A DNA stretch of 64,000 nucleotides from Mustelus asterias (Eukaryota): NCBI RefSeq assembly GCF_964213995.1, contig NC_135806.1, positions 77,996,001 to 78,060,000 of the forward strand. The letters run 5' to 3'. Both the position numbers and the translations under genes were made by a program. The notes below the pieces were generated by a model, which saw nothing but the letters and a program-made list of their open reading frames with translations, was not told where the DNA came from and did not search any database. How positions within the stretch are numbered: the stretch's first letter is position 1; the number at the start of each line of letters is the position of its first letter. Shown here piece after piece: positions 11,325 to 24,747 of this stretch.

Positions 11325-13341
11325 TGAAAAAGCATTGGCCAGCAAGATTATGGAAAATCCCAAGACTTTTATACATATATAAAGAGCAAGAGGGTAGCCA
11401 GGGAGAAGGTTGGCCCACTCAAGGACAAGAGAGGGAATCTATGCATGGAGCCAGAGGAAATGGGTGAAGTATTAAATGAGTACTTTGCATCAGTATTCAC
11501 TTGGCGGATGATGAGTCTGGGAAAGGATGTGCAGATAGTTGAGTCATGTTGAGATCAAAAAGGAGGAGGTATCGGGGTTCTTGAGAAACATTAAGGTAGA
11601 CAAGTCCCCAGGACCTGATGGGATATACCCCAGAATACCGAGAGAGGCAAGTGAGGAAATTGCTGGGGCCTTGAGAGAAATCTTTGTATCCTCACTGGCT
11701 ACAGGGGACGTCCCAGAGGATTGGAGAATAGCCAATGTCGTTCCATTGTTTAAGAAGGGTAGCAAGAATAATCCAGGTTATTGCAGGTTGGTGAGCCTTA
11801 TATCATTGATGGGGAATTATTGGAGAGGATTCTTCGAGACAGGATTTATTTCCACTTGGAAATAAGTGGACGTATTAGTGAGAGGCAACATGGTTTTGTG
11901 AAAGGGAGGTCACGTCTCACGAACTTGATCAAGTTTTTCGAGGAAGTGACGAAGATGTTTGATGAGGGTAGGGCAGTGGATGTTGTCTACATGGACTTCA
12001 GTAAGGCCTTTGACAAGGTCCCTCATGGCAGACTGGTGCAGAAGGTGAAGTCGCATGGGATCAGAGCTGAGCTGGCAAGGTGGATACAAAACTGGCTCAG
12101 TCAAAGACGACAGAGGGCAGCAGTGGAAGCGTGCATTTCTGAATGGAGGGCTGTGACAAGTGGCGCTCCTCAGGGATCAGTGCTAGGACGTTTGCTATTT
12201 GTAATATATATAAATGATTTGGAGGAAAATGTAACTGGATTGATTAGTAAGTTTGCGGACGACACAAAGGTTGGTGGATTTGCGGATAGCGATGAGGACC
12301 ATCAGAGGATAGAGCAAGATCATAGAATCATAGATTCACTCCAGTACAGAAAGAGGCCATTCGGCCCATCGAGTCTGCACTGATCACAATCCCACCCAGG
12401 CCCTACCCCCATATCCCTACATATTTACCCACTAATCCCTCTAACCTACGCATCTCAGGACACTAAGGGCAATTTTTAGCATGGCCAATCAACCTAACCT
12501 AAGATATAGATCAGTTGGAGACTTGGGCGGAGAGATGGCAGATGGAGTTTAATCCGGTCAAATGTGAGGTAATGCATTTTGGAAGGTCTAATACAGATCG
12601 AAAATATACAGTAAATGGCAGAACCCTTAAGAGTATTGATAGACAAAGAGATCTGGGTGTACAGGTACACAGGTCACTGAAAGTGGCAATGCAGATGGAG
12701 AAGGTAGTCAAGAAGGCATACGGCATGCTTGCCTTCATTGGCTGGGGCAATTAAAAATTGGCAAGTCATGTTGACGCTTTATCGAACCTTAGTTAGGCCA
12801 CACTTGGAATATAGTGTTCAATTCTGGTTGCCACACTACCAGAAGGATGTGGCTTTGGAGAGGGTACAAAAAAGATTTACCAGTATGTTGCCGGGTATGG
12901 AGGGCATTAGCTATGAGGAGAGGTTGGAGAAACTTGGTTTGTTCTCATTGGAACGACAGAGGTTGAGGGGCGACCTGATAGAAGTCTACAAGATTATGAG
13001 AGGCATGGACAGAGTGGATAGTCAGAAGCTTTTTCCCAGGGTGGAAGAGTCAATTACTAGGGGGCACAGGTTTAAGGTGCGAGGGGCAAGATTTAAAGGA
13101 GATATACGAGGCAGATTTTGTACACAGAGAGTAATGGGTGCCTGGAACTCGTTGCCGGGGGAGGTAGTGGAAGCAGATACGGTAGTGACTTTTAAGGGGC
13201 GTCTTGACAAATACATGAATAGGATGGGAATAGAGGGATATGGTCCCCGGAAGGGTAAGGGGTTTTAGTTAAGTCGGGCAGCATGGTCGGTACAGGTTTG
13301 GAGGGCCGAAGGGCCTGTTCTTCTGCTGTAATTTTCTTTGT
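11325..13341 (+). mobile_element. 5'-truncated CR1 LINE, same family as 20396-24523, interrupted by an HE1 fragment
   Basis: [24 protein letters not shown] and KFADDTK motifs with frameshifts, and a TTCTTTG tail. Confidence 0.93.
12321..12500 (-). mobile_element. 5'-truncated HE1 SINE inserted in CR1
   Basis: Matches the 3' half of the other HE1 copies. AAGAT on both flanks. Confidence 0.85.
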
Positions 13342-14694
13342 CTCTGCTTCCATCACTCTCATAGGCAGCAGGTTCCAGGTCATTACCACTTGCTGCTGAG
13401 AAAAGTTCTTCCCTGCATCTCTTGCCCAACATCTTAAATCTGTGTCCTCATCAGTTATTCAGCTCTCCTCAGTCTCCTTTCCTCCAAGAACAATTGTATC
13501 TTCTCCAACCTAACCTTCTAGCTCAAGTCCCTCATCCCTGGAACATTATGGTAAATCTCCCTGCCCAGCACTGATAATAAACTGACTAGCTTGTTGTTCC
13601 TAGGAATATTCTTACTCCCTTTCTTGAACAACGGAGATATACGAGGGAAGATTGAAAGATTAGTGAGCGTCTTTTTAATATGCTACAGACTTTCCAAATA
13701 ATAATCCATTTGCTCTCCTGTCTTGAATCTGTTATGCCACAATACGTAATGCCTTTTATGGCATTCAAACTGTAGCTAACATTTTCTCCTCTATCTATAT
13801 CTGACTTTAATTAATGCTTTACCATCAAAATGCTATTATAATTATTCTATATAAATGATTCAGAGAGATTCTATACTGTACAAAATGTCACCAAACTGGG
13901 GCTGAAGTATTAAATGATGAAATTGGTTGGCAAAAGATCACAAATACTTAAATTGCAACTCTAAGTTGTCTGGGCGTAAAGAATTCTGCCGGCATGTCAT
14001 TTTGTGTTCTATTTTCAATGTAATTTAACTTTAACTGCATACAGAGAATTTGCTGATTAATATAGCAAGGTTTAATTTTTAAAAATTATCTTAACTTGTT
14101 GAATTATTTTTCAACACACTTCTGCAGTTCTTTGCTAAGTTATACTATGTGAATACACACTATCAGGAAATATTGAATGGTCTCAAATAATTGGGACGAC
14201 GGTGTACAAAGAAATTTCTCCAAATTTTGATTAAAATATGCATCATGATAAAATGTACTTTATACACATCATAGAGAACATTCATCAAACTTAATTTCTT
14301 TTAAAATAAAAATGAATTTCTTTGGGCCATTAGTATCCCATGAATTGAAAGGAAAGTTATGTTCACATTAATGCCTTTTATCTTTGCATCTAGAACTTCA
14401 ATTCAGTGCATTTAAAGATAAATGCTCTCCTTCTTGAGATGTGTGTTTCATTGTGCCAAGAGCTTTGTAAAAGGAATTATTTTTAAAAGCAACAGTTAAT
14501 AAATTCAGAAAGGTGTATGTCCTATGGTAATTGATCCAGCAGATGCAGTTCTATATGAACCAGTAAAAAATATTTAGCATAAGAACAAGGAGCAGATGTT
14601 AAGTAAGATGAAATTATTTATAATATACAACACAGAAACAGGCTATTCAGCATCCTCCCATCTGTCCTCATCTAACTCAACATCATAGTCCTCC

Positions 14695-17460
14695 ATAAGA
14701 ACAGAATAAATAGGAGCAGAAGTAGACCATACCATTCATCCATCATTCAATATGATCATGGCTGATTGTGGGTTTGATCTCAAACTTTTCCACCCGCTTT
14801 CGATAGTCCATGCTTCCCTGAGAGACCAAAAATCTTTCTATCTCTGAATTAAATATATCCAATGATAGGACATCCATAACCCTCTAGGATAGAGATTTCC
14901 AATTACTCACACCATTTGAGTGAAGAAATTTCTCATCTCAAACCTAAATGACAGGCCCTCTCATCCTGAAACTGTATCATCTTGTTCTAGATTCCCAAGC
15001 CAAGGGAAAAATCTTCTCAGTTTCTACCCTGTCAAGTCCATTCAGAATTTTTAATGTTTCAACGATACCATCTATCATTCTTCTAAACTTGAAAGAATAC
15101 AGACACAATTTACTCGCTCATCATCGGACAGTTCTCTCATTCCGGGACCAATCTAATGAACCTTTGCCTCCAATACAAATATATTCTTCCTTAAATATGA
15201 AGCTTAAAACTGCATAATATTGTAGGTGCAGTCTCACCAAAGCCCCACACAATTGTATTCTTTATTCTTGTTCTCAAGTCTCCTTGCAATGAAGGTTAAC
15301 ATGTCATTTGCTTTCCTAATTGCTTGTTGTCAGCATGCTCACTTTTTGTGTTTCTTGTACGTGTACACCCCAAGTCTATCTGAACATCAACAATTACAAG
15401 TTCTACGCCTTTTAAAAAATGTTCTGTTTTTCTATTCTTATGACTGAAGTGAATAACATCACATCCATATTACACTCCATCTGATACCTTGATGCCTACT
15501 CACTTAACCTGTCTATATCACTTTGCACCTATGTCCTCCTAGAGCTTGCATTCTTAACCAGCTTTGTATCGTCAGCAAACTTAATATACATTATTGTCTG
15601 TCTCCTTGTCTAAATCATTAAAGTAGCTGAAGCCCCAGCATGGATCCTTGCAACGCTCCACTAGTCACAGTCTACCAACTTGAAAATGCCCCATTTTTCC
15701 CCACACTGTGTCCTGTCTGTTAACCAATTTTCTACTTGTGCTAAACCATATGACTATATCTTGTGTTAAACCTGTTGTGTGGCACCTTATCAAATGTCTT
15801 TTGGACATTCAAGTATACCATATCTACTGGTTTTCCTTACAAGTTACATCCTCAAAAAACTTGATTATATTTGACAAACAGGATTTTCCTATTGTAAAAT
15901 CTAATCATAGTCTGCTTTTCTAAGTACAATTTACTACAGTAATGTATACCAGCTCTTTTCTGATTATTGATGTCAAGCTAACTGGCTTGTTCTTCCCTGA
16001 TTTCCCTCTCCCTCCTTTCTTGAATAGCAGTGTCACATTTGCTAACTCCCAATCTGCTGGGACCATTCCAGAGCCTCAAGAATTATGGATAATCATAGCC
16101 AGTGCATCCACTGTCTCTTTTACATCCTTGGAATGTAGGCCATCAGGTTCTATGCATTTGTCAGAGTTTAGTACCTTTAGTTTCTCCAGTACTTTTTCTC
16201 TGCTGATACTAATTACCTTATTTCCTTACTATTATTAGTCCCTAAGGTTACCCTCTATTTATGGTATGTAACTTGAGACTTCCATTCTGAAGACAGAAAC
16301 AAAATATTTGTTCAATGACTGCCATTTCCATATTATCCATGATAGAAACAGAGACAGGAGAAACTCAGGGCCCAGCGCTTACTTTAGCTACTTTCTTCCG
16401 TTTTATGTAGTTGTAAAAGCTCTTCCAATCTGTTTTTATATTCCTTGTTACTCTTGTATTCTATTTTCTCTCTATCACTTTTGGCAAACATTTTGGTTCT
16501 GAAGAAATCATATTGGACTTGAAACAATAACTCTCTTTCTCTCTCTATAGATGCTGCCAGAGCTGCTGAGTTTATTTGTTGACCGTTTGCTGGTTTCTAA
16601 AACACTCCCAATCCTCAGACTTATTACCATACTTTGCAACATTATAAGCTTCTTCTTTTAATCTAATATTATCTTTAACTTCCTAAGTAAGCAACAGATG
16701 GATCTTCCTCGCCAAGTTTTTGTTTTTCAATGGAACGTTATTTTTGTTGAACATTTTGAATTGTTTCTTTAAATGTTACCCACTGTTCATTTACCTCTAT
16801 AAGTTTTAGTCTACCCAAAAAACATTAGCCAGTTCTTCCCGCATACTCATGTAATTGGCTTTAAAGTTTAAAATTATTGTTTATGAAAGGAGAGTTTTGT
16901 TTTGAAACTTAACATGGAATTTCACTGTATGGTCATTATTTGCCAGTGGATGTTTTACTATGACATCATTAGTTAACCCTACCTCATTGCACAATACCAG
17001 ATCTAAATATCCATAGTTGGTTCCGCAATGAATTGCTCCAAGAAATCATCGCAGAAACATTCTATAAACTCATCTTCTAAACCATATTTGCCAATTTTAT
17101 TTATGGGCCTAGTCTATATGAAGATTAAAGTTCCCTACAACTATTAACATTGCCTTTGTTACAAGCTCTAATGATTTCTTGTTTAATGCTATACCCAACA
17201 GTATAACTACTTTTACGGAGCTTATACATTACTTCCACGAGCATTTTCTGACCCTTGCTACTCTTATTCTTCACCCATACTGATTCTAATGCTTGATTTT
17301 GAGTCAACATCCTTTCTCACTAATGTCCTTATGCTGTCCTCTGTTATTAGGGTACCCATCTTCCTTTTCCATTCTGTCTGTATTTTTGAAATGCTGTGAA
17401 CCCCAGAATATTTACTTCCCAACTCTGGTCGTCTTGTAGCCATGTTTTGTGATTAGATCT
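14695..17460 (-). mobile_element. Old, heavily decayed CR1 LINE
   Basis: Decayed 3'UTR tail near 14700, RT-like segments, and an endonuclease-like remnant (ESVWV..LVEVMYK, ORF 17125..17310). Boundaries approximate. Confidence 0.65.
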
Positions 17461-17907
17461 ATCTGTGCCTTAAGATTATTTACCTTACTGGGGATTTTGC
17501 AAGCATTCAGATGAATTGACTTCAATTTTTTTTTACTACTATTCCATGCATAGATCTTTACTTGGATGCACTGTTCTGTTTAACTCTCTGTCCCTTGTCA
17601 ACAAGTTTTTATCCACATTGATATCACAGAATTATTATGGCACAGGAGACCAGTTGACCCATTGAGCCTGTACCCACTCTCCAAATGAGCATTATGACTT
17701 AGTACCATTCTCCTGCCTTTTCTTCATACCCTTGCACAATGTTTCTATTCAAATAATCATCTATGCCCTCTTGAATGCCTTGATTGAACCTGCCTCCACC
17801 ATACATCAAGACAGTGCATTCCAGATTCAAACCACTCGCTGTTTTTTCACACATCACACTTGCTTACTTTTGCAAATCACCTTAATCTGTGCCCTCTTGT
17901 TCTCGAT

Positions 17908-18247
17908 CATAGAAATCATAGAATCCTACAGTGCAGAAAGAGGCCATTCTGCCCATCGAGTCTGCACCAACCACAAACCCACCCAGACCCTATCCCCATA
18001 TCCCCACATATTTACCCACTAATCCCTCTGGCCTATGCACCCCGGGACACGAAGGGCAATTTAGAATGGCCAATCAACCTAGCCCGCACATCTTTGGACT
18101 GTGGAAGGAAACCTGAGCACCCGGAGGAAACCCACGCAGACACAGGGAGAATGTGCAAACTCCACACAGACAGTGACCTGAGCCGCGATTCAAACCCAGG
18201 TCCCTGGAGCTGTGAAGCAGCAGTGCTAACCACTGTGCTACCACGCC
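17908..18247 (-). mobile_element. HE1-type V-SINE
   Basis: Head, V-domain and tail present. Short CGATC-like duplication. Inserted in a decayed CR1 3' end. Confidence 0.9.
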
Positions 18248-18565
18248 GATCCTTTTATGAGCAGGAATAATTTCTCTATATCTATTCTGTCCAGCCTCCT
18301 CATGATTTTAAACATCTATCAAATCTTCATTTAGCCTTCTTCCTAGGAGAACAGTCCCAACTTTTCCAATCTATCCTCATAACGGAAATGTCTCATCCCT
18401 GGAACAAGTTTTATAAAGCTCCTCTGCAGCCTCTCTAATGTGTTCATATCCTGCTTATACTGTGGTGTCCAGAACTCTACTCAATACTCCAGCTTGGTCT
18501 AACCAGTATCTTGTAGAAGTTCAAAATAACCTTTTTGTTCCTGTACTATGTCCCTATTAATAACG

Positions 18566-18987
18566 ATGTGGAGATGCCGGCGTTGGACTGGGGTAAGCAC
18601 AGTAAGAAGTCTCACAACACCAGGTTAAAGTCCAACAGGTTTATTTGGTAGCAAATACCATAAGCTTTCGGAGCGCTGCCCCTTCGTCAGATGGAGTGAA
18701 AATCTGTTCTCCAACAGTGCACAGAGACACCACATCAAGTTACAGAATACTAATTAGAATGCAAATCTCTACAGCCAGCCAGGTCTTAAAGGTTGTACCT
18801 TTAAGACCTGGCTGGCTGTAGAGATTTGCATTCTAATTAGTATTCTGTAACTTGATGTTGTGTCTCTGTGCACTGTTGGAGAACAGATTTTCACTCCATC
18901 TGACGAAGGGGCAGCGCTCCGAAAGCTTATGGTATTTGCTACCAAATAAACCTGTTGGACTTTAACCTGGTGTTGTGAGACTTCTTA
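18566..18987. mobile_element. Fold-back Penelope-like element derivative B (near-perfect palindrome)
   Basis: Arms 18602-18793 and 18797-18988 with a 3-nt loop. TSD CCCTATTAATAACG. Hammerhead motifs at 18658-18694(-) and 18896-18932(+). Confidence 0.88.
18658..18694 (-). ncRNA. Minimal hammerhead ribozyme motif (left arm of B). The mirror copy is at 18896-18932(+).
   Basis: ccau-CUGACGA-a-ggggc/gcucc-GAAA-gc-UU-augg. Stem I covaries relative to element A. Confidence 0.72.
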
Positions 18988-20395
18988 CCCTATTAATAAC
19001 GCCCAGGATACTGTATGCTTCATTAACTGCTCTCTCTCTCTGTTCATTAATTGCTGTCCTGCTACCTTCAATAATCAATGAACATATATGTTCTTGTACC
19101 GCCTTAAGAATTCTGTATGTAAATATATTTTTTCTATTGTCTCAAATTTGATCTTTGATTTCCAAATTGCCCTTCACTCAAACTCTCCTCTCCCTCTGTT
19201 AGTTTTTGCCATTTCTCCCTGCTCTGGTCATGGTTGCTCATGCATCCTTATGTTTGTATGCTGTAAAGCCTAGTTAAACGATTAGCCAGCATACTGGTCC
19301 CAACATGGTTCTGGTGTAGACCATCTAGCGGTCATTACCTTTGTGGTTCTGCTTTTTAAATTTAGGCCCTCACTGTTCATACACTTCTCAGAAGAACTTC
19401 TTTGGGGTGTGTGCATGTGCGTGCTTGTGCGCGTTCGGGCACGTGTGGTGTGCACGCGCTGAGTACACAGACCAGTACAGCACAGGATCAGGCCCTTCGG
19501 CCCTCCAAGCCTGCGCCAATCATGATATTGCCTAAACTAAACCCGTATGCACTTCCATGTCCATCCTATTCATGTATTCATCTAGATGCCCCTTAAATGC
19601 CGTTATCGTACCTGCTCCCACCGCCTCCTCGAGCAGTGCATTCCAGACATTCACCACCCACTCTGTAAAAAACTTGCCTTGCACATCTCCTCCAAACTTT
19701 TCCCCACGCACCTTAAACTTATGTCCCCTAGTACTTGACTTTTCTACCCTAGGAAAGAGCACCTGATTATTCACTCTATCCATGCCATTCATAATCTTGA
19801 AGACTTCTATCAGGTCGCCCCTCAACCTCCATCGTTCCAGTGAGAACAAACTGAGTTTATCCAACCTCTCCTCATAGCTAATACCCTCCAGACCAGGCAA
19901 CATCCTGGTAAACCTCTTCTGTACCCTCTCCAAAGCATCCACTACCCTTCTGGTAGTGTGGCGACCAGAATTGTACAATATTCCAAATGAGGCCTGACTA
20001 AGGTTCTGTACAGCTGCAGCATGACTTGCCAATTTTTATGCTCAATGCCCTGACCAATGAAGGCAAGCATGCCATATGCCTTCTTGACTACTTCATCCAC
20101 CTGCATTGCCACTTTCAGTGATTGGTGGACATGTACACCCAGATCTCTCTGCCTGTCAATATTCCTAAGGGTTCTACCATTTACTGTATAATTCCTATAT
20201 GCATTGGACCTTCCAAAATGCATTACCTCACATTTGTCCAGATTAAACTCCATCTGTCATTTCTCCACCCAAGTCTCCAATCAGTTTATGTCTTGCTGTA
20301 TCTTTGGATAATTCTCCTCACTATCCACAACTCCACTACCTTTGTGTCATCTGCGAACTTATTAATCAGACCAACTACATTTTCTTCCAAATCAT

Positions 20396-23300
20396 CCGGT
20401 CGAGGCGGCTGAGGGACTTCACTGGTGCATTCTGGGAGAAGTCGGACCAGCAACATTTAGAAGATCTGGGTGTCAAGGAGTGGTAAGCCTGAAACACTAC
20501 ATTAGTGTTTCCCTCCCTCCCTCCTCCCCTAACCAAAAAAAAAGGCCACTGTGAGAAGTGAAGGTAAGAGTTTTATAATTTTTTTCAAATAATTTCATTG
20601 GTGCTCGAAATGTCGGTCAGTGGGGTTAAGTGTTGCACTTGTGAGATGTGGGAGATCCGTGACGCTTCCAACGTCTCGGACAACTATGTCTGCAGGCAGT
20701 GCACCCAATTGCAGCTCCTTACAGAACGCATGGATAGGTTGGAGCAGCAGGTTGGATGCACTTAGGAGCATGAAGACGGAAAATGTCATAGATAAGAGCT
20801 TTAGAGACGTGGTCACACCGAAGGTGCAGGCAGATAGATGGGTGACCACCAGAAGGGGCAGGCAGTCAGTGCAGGAATCCCCTGTGGTCATCCCTCTCTC
20901 CAATAAGTGTACCATTTTGGATACTGTTGGGGTAGTTGGACTGTCAGGGAGTACCAGCTGCCAGCCAAAGCAGTGATACCATGGCTGGCTCTGTTGTTAA
21001 GCAGGGAGGGACAAAGAGGACGAGAGCAATAGTCATAGGGGATTCGATAGTTAGGGGTACAGATAGGCGTTTCTGTGGATGTGAAAAAGACTCCAGGATG
21101 GTATGTTGCCTCCCTGGTGCCAGGGTCCAGGATATCTCTGAACGGACAGAAAGCATTCTGAAGGGAGAGGGTGAACAGCCAGAGGTTGTGGTACATATTG
21201 GTACTAACGACATAGGCAGGAAGAGTGATGAGGTCCTGCAACAGCAGTTTAGGGAGTTAGGTAGAAAGTTAAAAAGCAGGACTTCTAGGGTTGTAATCTC
21301 AGGATTTCTCCCTGTGCCACGTGCTAGTGAGGCTAGGAATAGGCAGATAGTGCAGCTCAACACGTGGCTAAACAGCTGGTGTAGGAGGGAGGGTTTCAGA
21401 TATCTGGACCATTGGGGTCTCTTCCGGGGCAGATGGGACCTGTACAAGAAGGACGGGTTGCATCTAAACTGGAGGGGCACAAATATTCTGGCCGGGAGGT
21501 TTGCTTGTGTCACACGGGAGGATTTAAACTAGTTTGGCAGGGGGGTGGGACCCAAAGCAAAGGTGAATTAGCTGAAGGGGAACGAGAGAGTAGGGCCAGT
21601 AAGACTCAGAGAAACAGCAGGCAGGGTGGGATTGCAAATCAGAGAGGGTCTGGTGGACTGAAGTGCATTTGTTTCTATGCGAGAAGTGTAACAGGAAAGG
21701 CAGATGAACTTAGAGCTTGGATTAGTACTAGAAACTATGATGTTGTTGCTATTACAGAGACTTGGTTAAGGGAAGGACAGGATTGGCAGCTTAACATTCC
21801 AGGATATTGATGTTTCAGGCGTGTTAGAGGGGGATACAAAAGGGGCGGGGGAGTTGCACTACTGGTTAAGGAGAATATCACAGCTGTACTCCGGGAGGAC
21901 ACCTCGGAGGGCTCATACAGCGAGGCAATATGGGTAGAGCTCAGGAATAGGAAAAGTGTAGTCACAATGTTGGGGGTTTACTATAGGCCACCCAACTGCC
22001 AGCGGGAGATTGAGGAACAGATGTGTAGGCAGATTTTGGCAAGGTGTAAAAGTAACAGGGTTGTTGTAGTGGGATATTTTAATTTCCCCTATATTGACTG
22101 GGACTCACTTAGTGCTAGGGGCGTGGATGGGGCAGAGTTTGTAAGCAGCATCCAGGAGGGCTTCCTGAAACAGTATGTAGATAGTCCAACTAGGGAAGGG
22201 GCTATACTGGACCTGGTTTTGGGGAATGAGCCCGGCCAGGTGGTCGATGTTTCAGTCGGGGAGCAATTCAGGAACAGTGACCACAATTCAGTAAGCTTTA
22301 AGGTACTGATGGGTAAAGATAAGTGGAGTCCTCAAGTTAAGGTGCTAAATTGGGGGAAGGCTAATTACAACAATATTAGGCAGGAACTGAAGAATGTAGA
22401 TTGGGGGCAGATGTTTGAGGGCAAATCAACATCTGGCATGTGGGAGGCTTTCAAGTGTAAGTTGATAGGGATTCAGGACCGGCATATTCCTGCAAGGATG
22501 AAGGATAAGTATGGCAAGTTTTGGGAACCTTGGATAACGAGAGATATTGTGAGCCTAGTCAAAGAGAAAAAGGAAGCATTTGCCAAAGCTAGGAGGCTGG
22601 GAACACACAAAGCAAATGTGGAATACAAGGAAAGTAGAACGAAACTTAAGCAAGGAGTAAGAAGAGCTAAAAGGGGTCATGAAAAAGCATTGGCAGCAGG
22701 ATTAAGGAAAATCCCAAGGCTTTTTACACCTATGTAAAGAGCAAGAGGGTAGCCACGGAGAGGGTTGCCCCACTCAAGGACAAGGGAGGGAATCTATGTG
22801 TGGAGCCAGAGGAAACGGGTACTTTGCGTCAGTATTCACCAAAGAGAAGGACTTGGCGGATGATGAGTCTGGGAAAGGATGTGCAGATAGTTTGAGTCAT
22901 GTTGAGATCAAAAAGGAGGTGGTATTGGGGTTCTTGAGAAACATTAAGGTAGACAAGTCCCCAGGACCTGATGGGATATACCCCAGAATACCGAGAGAGG
23001 CAAGAGAGGAAATTGCTGGGGCCTTGAGAGAAATCTTTGTATCCTAGACTGGCTACAGGGGACATCCCAGAAGATTGGAGAATAGCCAATGTCGTTCCAT
23101 TGTTTAAGAAGGGTAGCAAGAATAATCCAGGTAATTGCAGGCTGGTGAGCCTTATATCAGTGGTAGGGAATTATTGGAGAGGATTCTTCGAGACAGGATT
23201 TATTTCCACTTGGAAATAAGTGGACGTATTAGTGAGAGGCAACATGGTTTTGTGAAAGGGAGGTCGTGTCTCACGAACTTGATCAAGTTTTTCGAGGAAG

Positions 23301-24523
23301 TGACGTAGATGATTGATGAGGGTAGGGCAGTGGATGTTGTCTACATGGACTTCCGTAAGGCCTTTGACAAGGTCCCTCATAGCAGACTGGTGCAGAAGGT
23401 GAAGTCGCATGGGATCAGAGGTGAGCTGGCAAGGTGGATACAAAACTGGCTCGGTCAAAGAAGACAGAGGGTAGCAGTGGAAGGGTGCGTTTCTGAATGG
23501 AGGGCTGTGACAAGTGGTGTTCCTCAGGGATCAGTGCTGGGACCTTTGCTGTTTGTAATATATATAAATGATTTGGAGGAAAATGTAACTGGATTGATTA
23601 GTAAGTTTGCGGACGACACAAAGGTTGGTGGATTTGCGGATAGCGATGAGGACCATCAGAGGATACAACAGGATATAGATCAGTTGGAGACTTAGGCGGA
23701 GAGATGGCAGATGGAGTTTAATCCGGACAAATGTGAGGTAATGCATTTTGGAAGGTCTAATACAGATAGGAAATATACAGTAAATGGCAGAACCCTTTGG
23801 AGTATTGATAGGCAAAGGGATCTGGGTGTACAGGTACACAGGTCACTGAAAGTGGCAATGCAGGTGGAGAAGGTAGTCAAGAAGGCATACAGCAAGCTTG
23901 CCTTCATCGGCCGGGGTATTGAGTTTAAAAATTGGCAAGTCATGTTGACGCTTTATCGAACCTTAGTGAGGCCACACTTGGAATAGTGTTCAATTCTGGT
24001 CACCACACTACCAGAAGGATGTGGAGGCTTTGGAGAGGGTACAGAAAAGATTTACCAGGATGTTGCCTGGTATGGAGGGCATTAGCTATGAGGAGAGGTT
24101 GGAGAAACTTGGTTTGTTCTCACTGGAGCGACGGAGGTTGAGGGGAGACCTGTTGGAAGTCTACAAGATTATGAGAGGCATGGACAGAATGGATAGTCAG
24201 AAGCTTTTTCCCAGGGTGGAAGAGTCAATTACTAGGGGGCATAGGTTTAAGGTGCGAGGGGCAAGTTTTAAAAGAGATGTACGAGGCAAATGTTTTACAC
24301 AGAGGGTGGTGGGTGCCTGGAACTTGTTGCCGGGGGAGGTAGTGGAAGCGGATATGGTAGTGACTTTTAAGGGGCGTTTTGACAAGTACATGAATGAGAT
24401 GGGAATAGAGGGATATGGTCCCCGGAAGCGTAGGGGGTTTTAGTTAAGTCAGGCAGCATGGTCGGTGCAGGCTTGGAGGGCCGAAGGGCCTGTTCCTGTG
24501 CTATAATTTTCTTTGTTCTTTGT
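20396..24523 (+). mobile_element. Near full-length CR1 LINE (5'UTR, ORF1, ORF2 endonuclease+RT, TTCTTTG tail), disabled
   Basis: ORF1 from ATG 20610 (CCTCEMW..CRQC, GDSIVRG, HIGTND, DGLHLN). ORF2 motifs ITETWL, YRPP, SDHN and FADDTK with stops and frameshifts. TCAT on both flanks. Confidence 0.95.
20610..21532 (+). pseudogene. CR1 ORF1 (Zn-finger/leucine zipper + SGNH/GDSL esterase), frameshifted
   Basis: Split over three frames. Esterase blocks GDS, GTND and DGLH are intact in ORF 20936..21532. Confidence 0.88.
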
Positions 24524-24645
24524 TCATTTATATATAACACGAACAACAAAGGTCCCAGAACTGATCCCTGTGGAACATCGCTAGTCACAGCCTTCCATTC
24601 AGAAAAGCACCCCTCTACTGCTACCCTCTGTCTTCTATTTCTAAG

Positions 24646-24747
24646 TAAGAAGTCTCACAACACCAGGTTAAAGTCCAACAGGTTTATTTGGTAGCAAATA
24701 CCATAAGCTTTCGGAGCGTGCTGCTCCTTCGTCAGATGGAGTGGTTA
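24646..24747 (-). mobile_element. ~100-bp Penelope pLTR fragment consisting mostly of a hammerhead motif (24701-24739)
   Basis: Nearly identical to the arm of element B. Flanked by TCTATTTC(T/C)AAG repeats inside the host CR1. Confidence 0.82.

Noticed and set aside
20936-21532. GDSL/SGNH esterase as a host gene or horizontal transfer
   Set aside because: It is the known esterase domain of CR1 ORF1, in its normal position upstream of ORF2.
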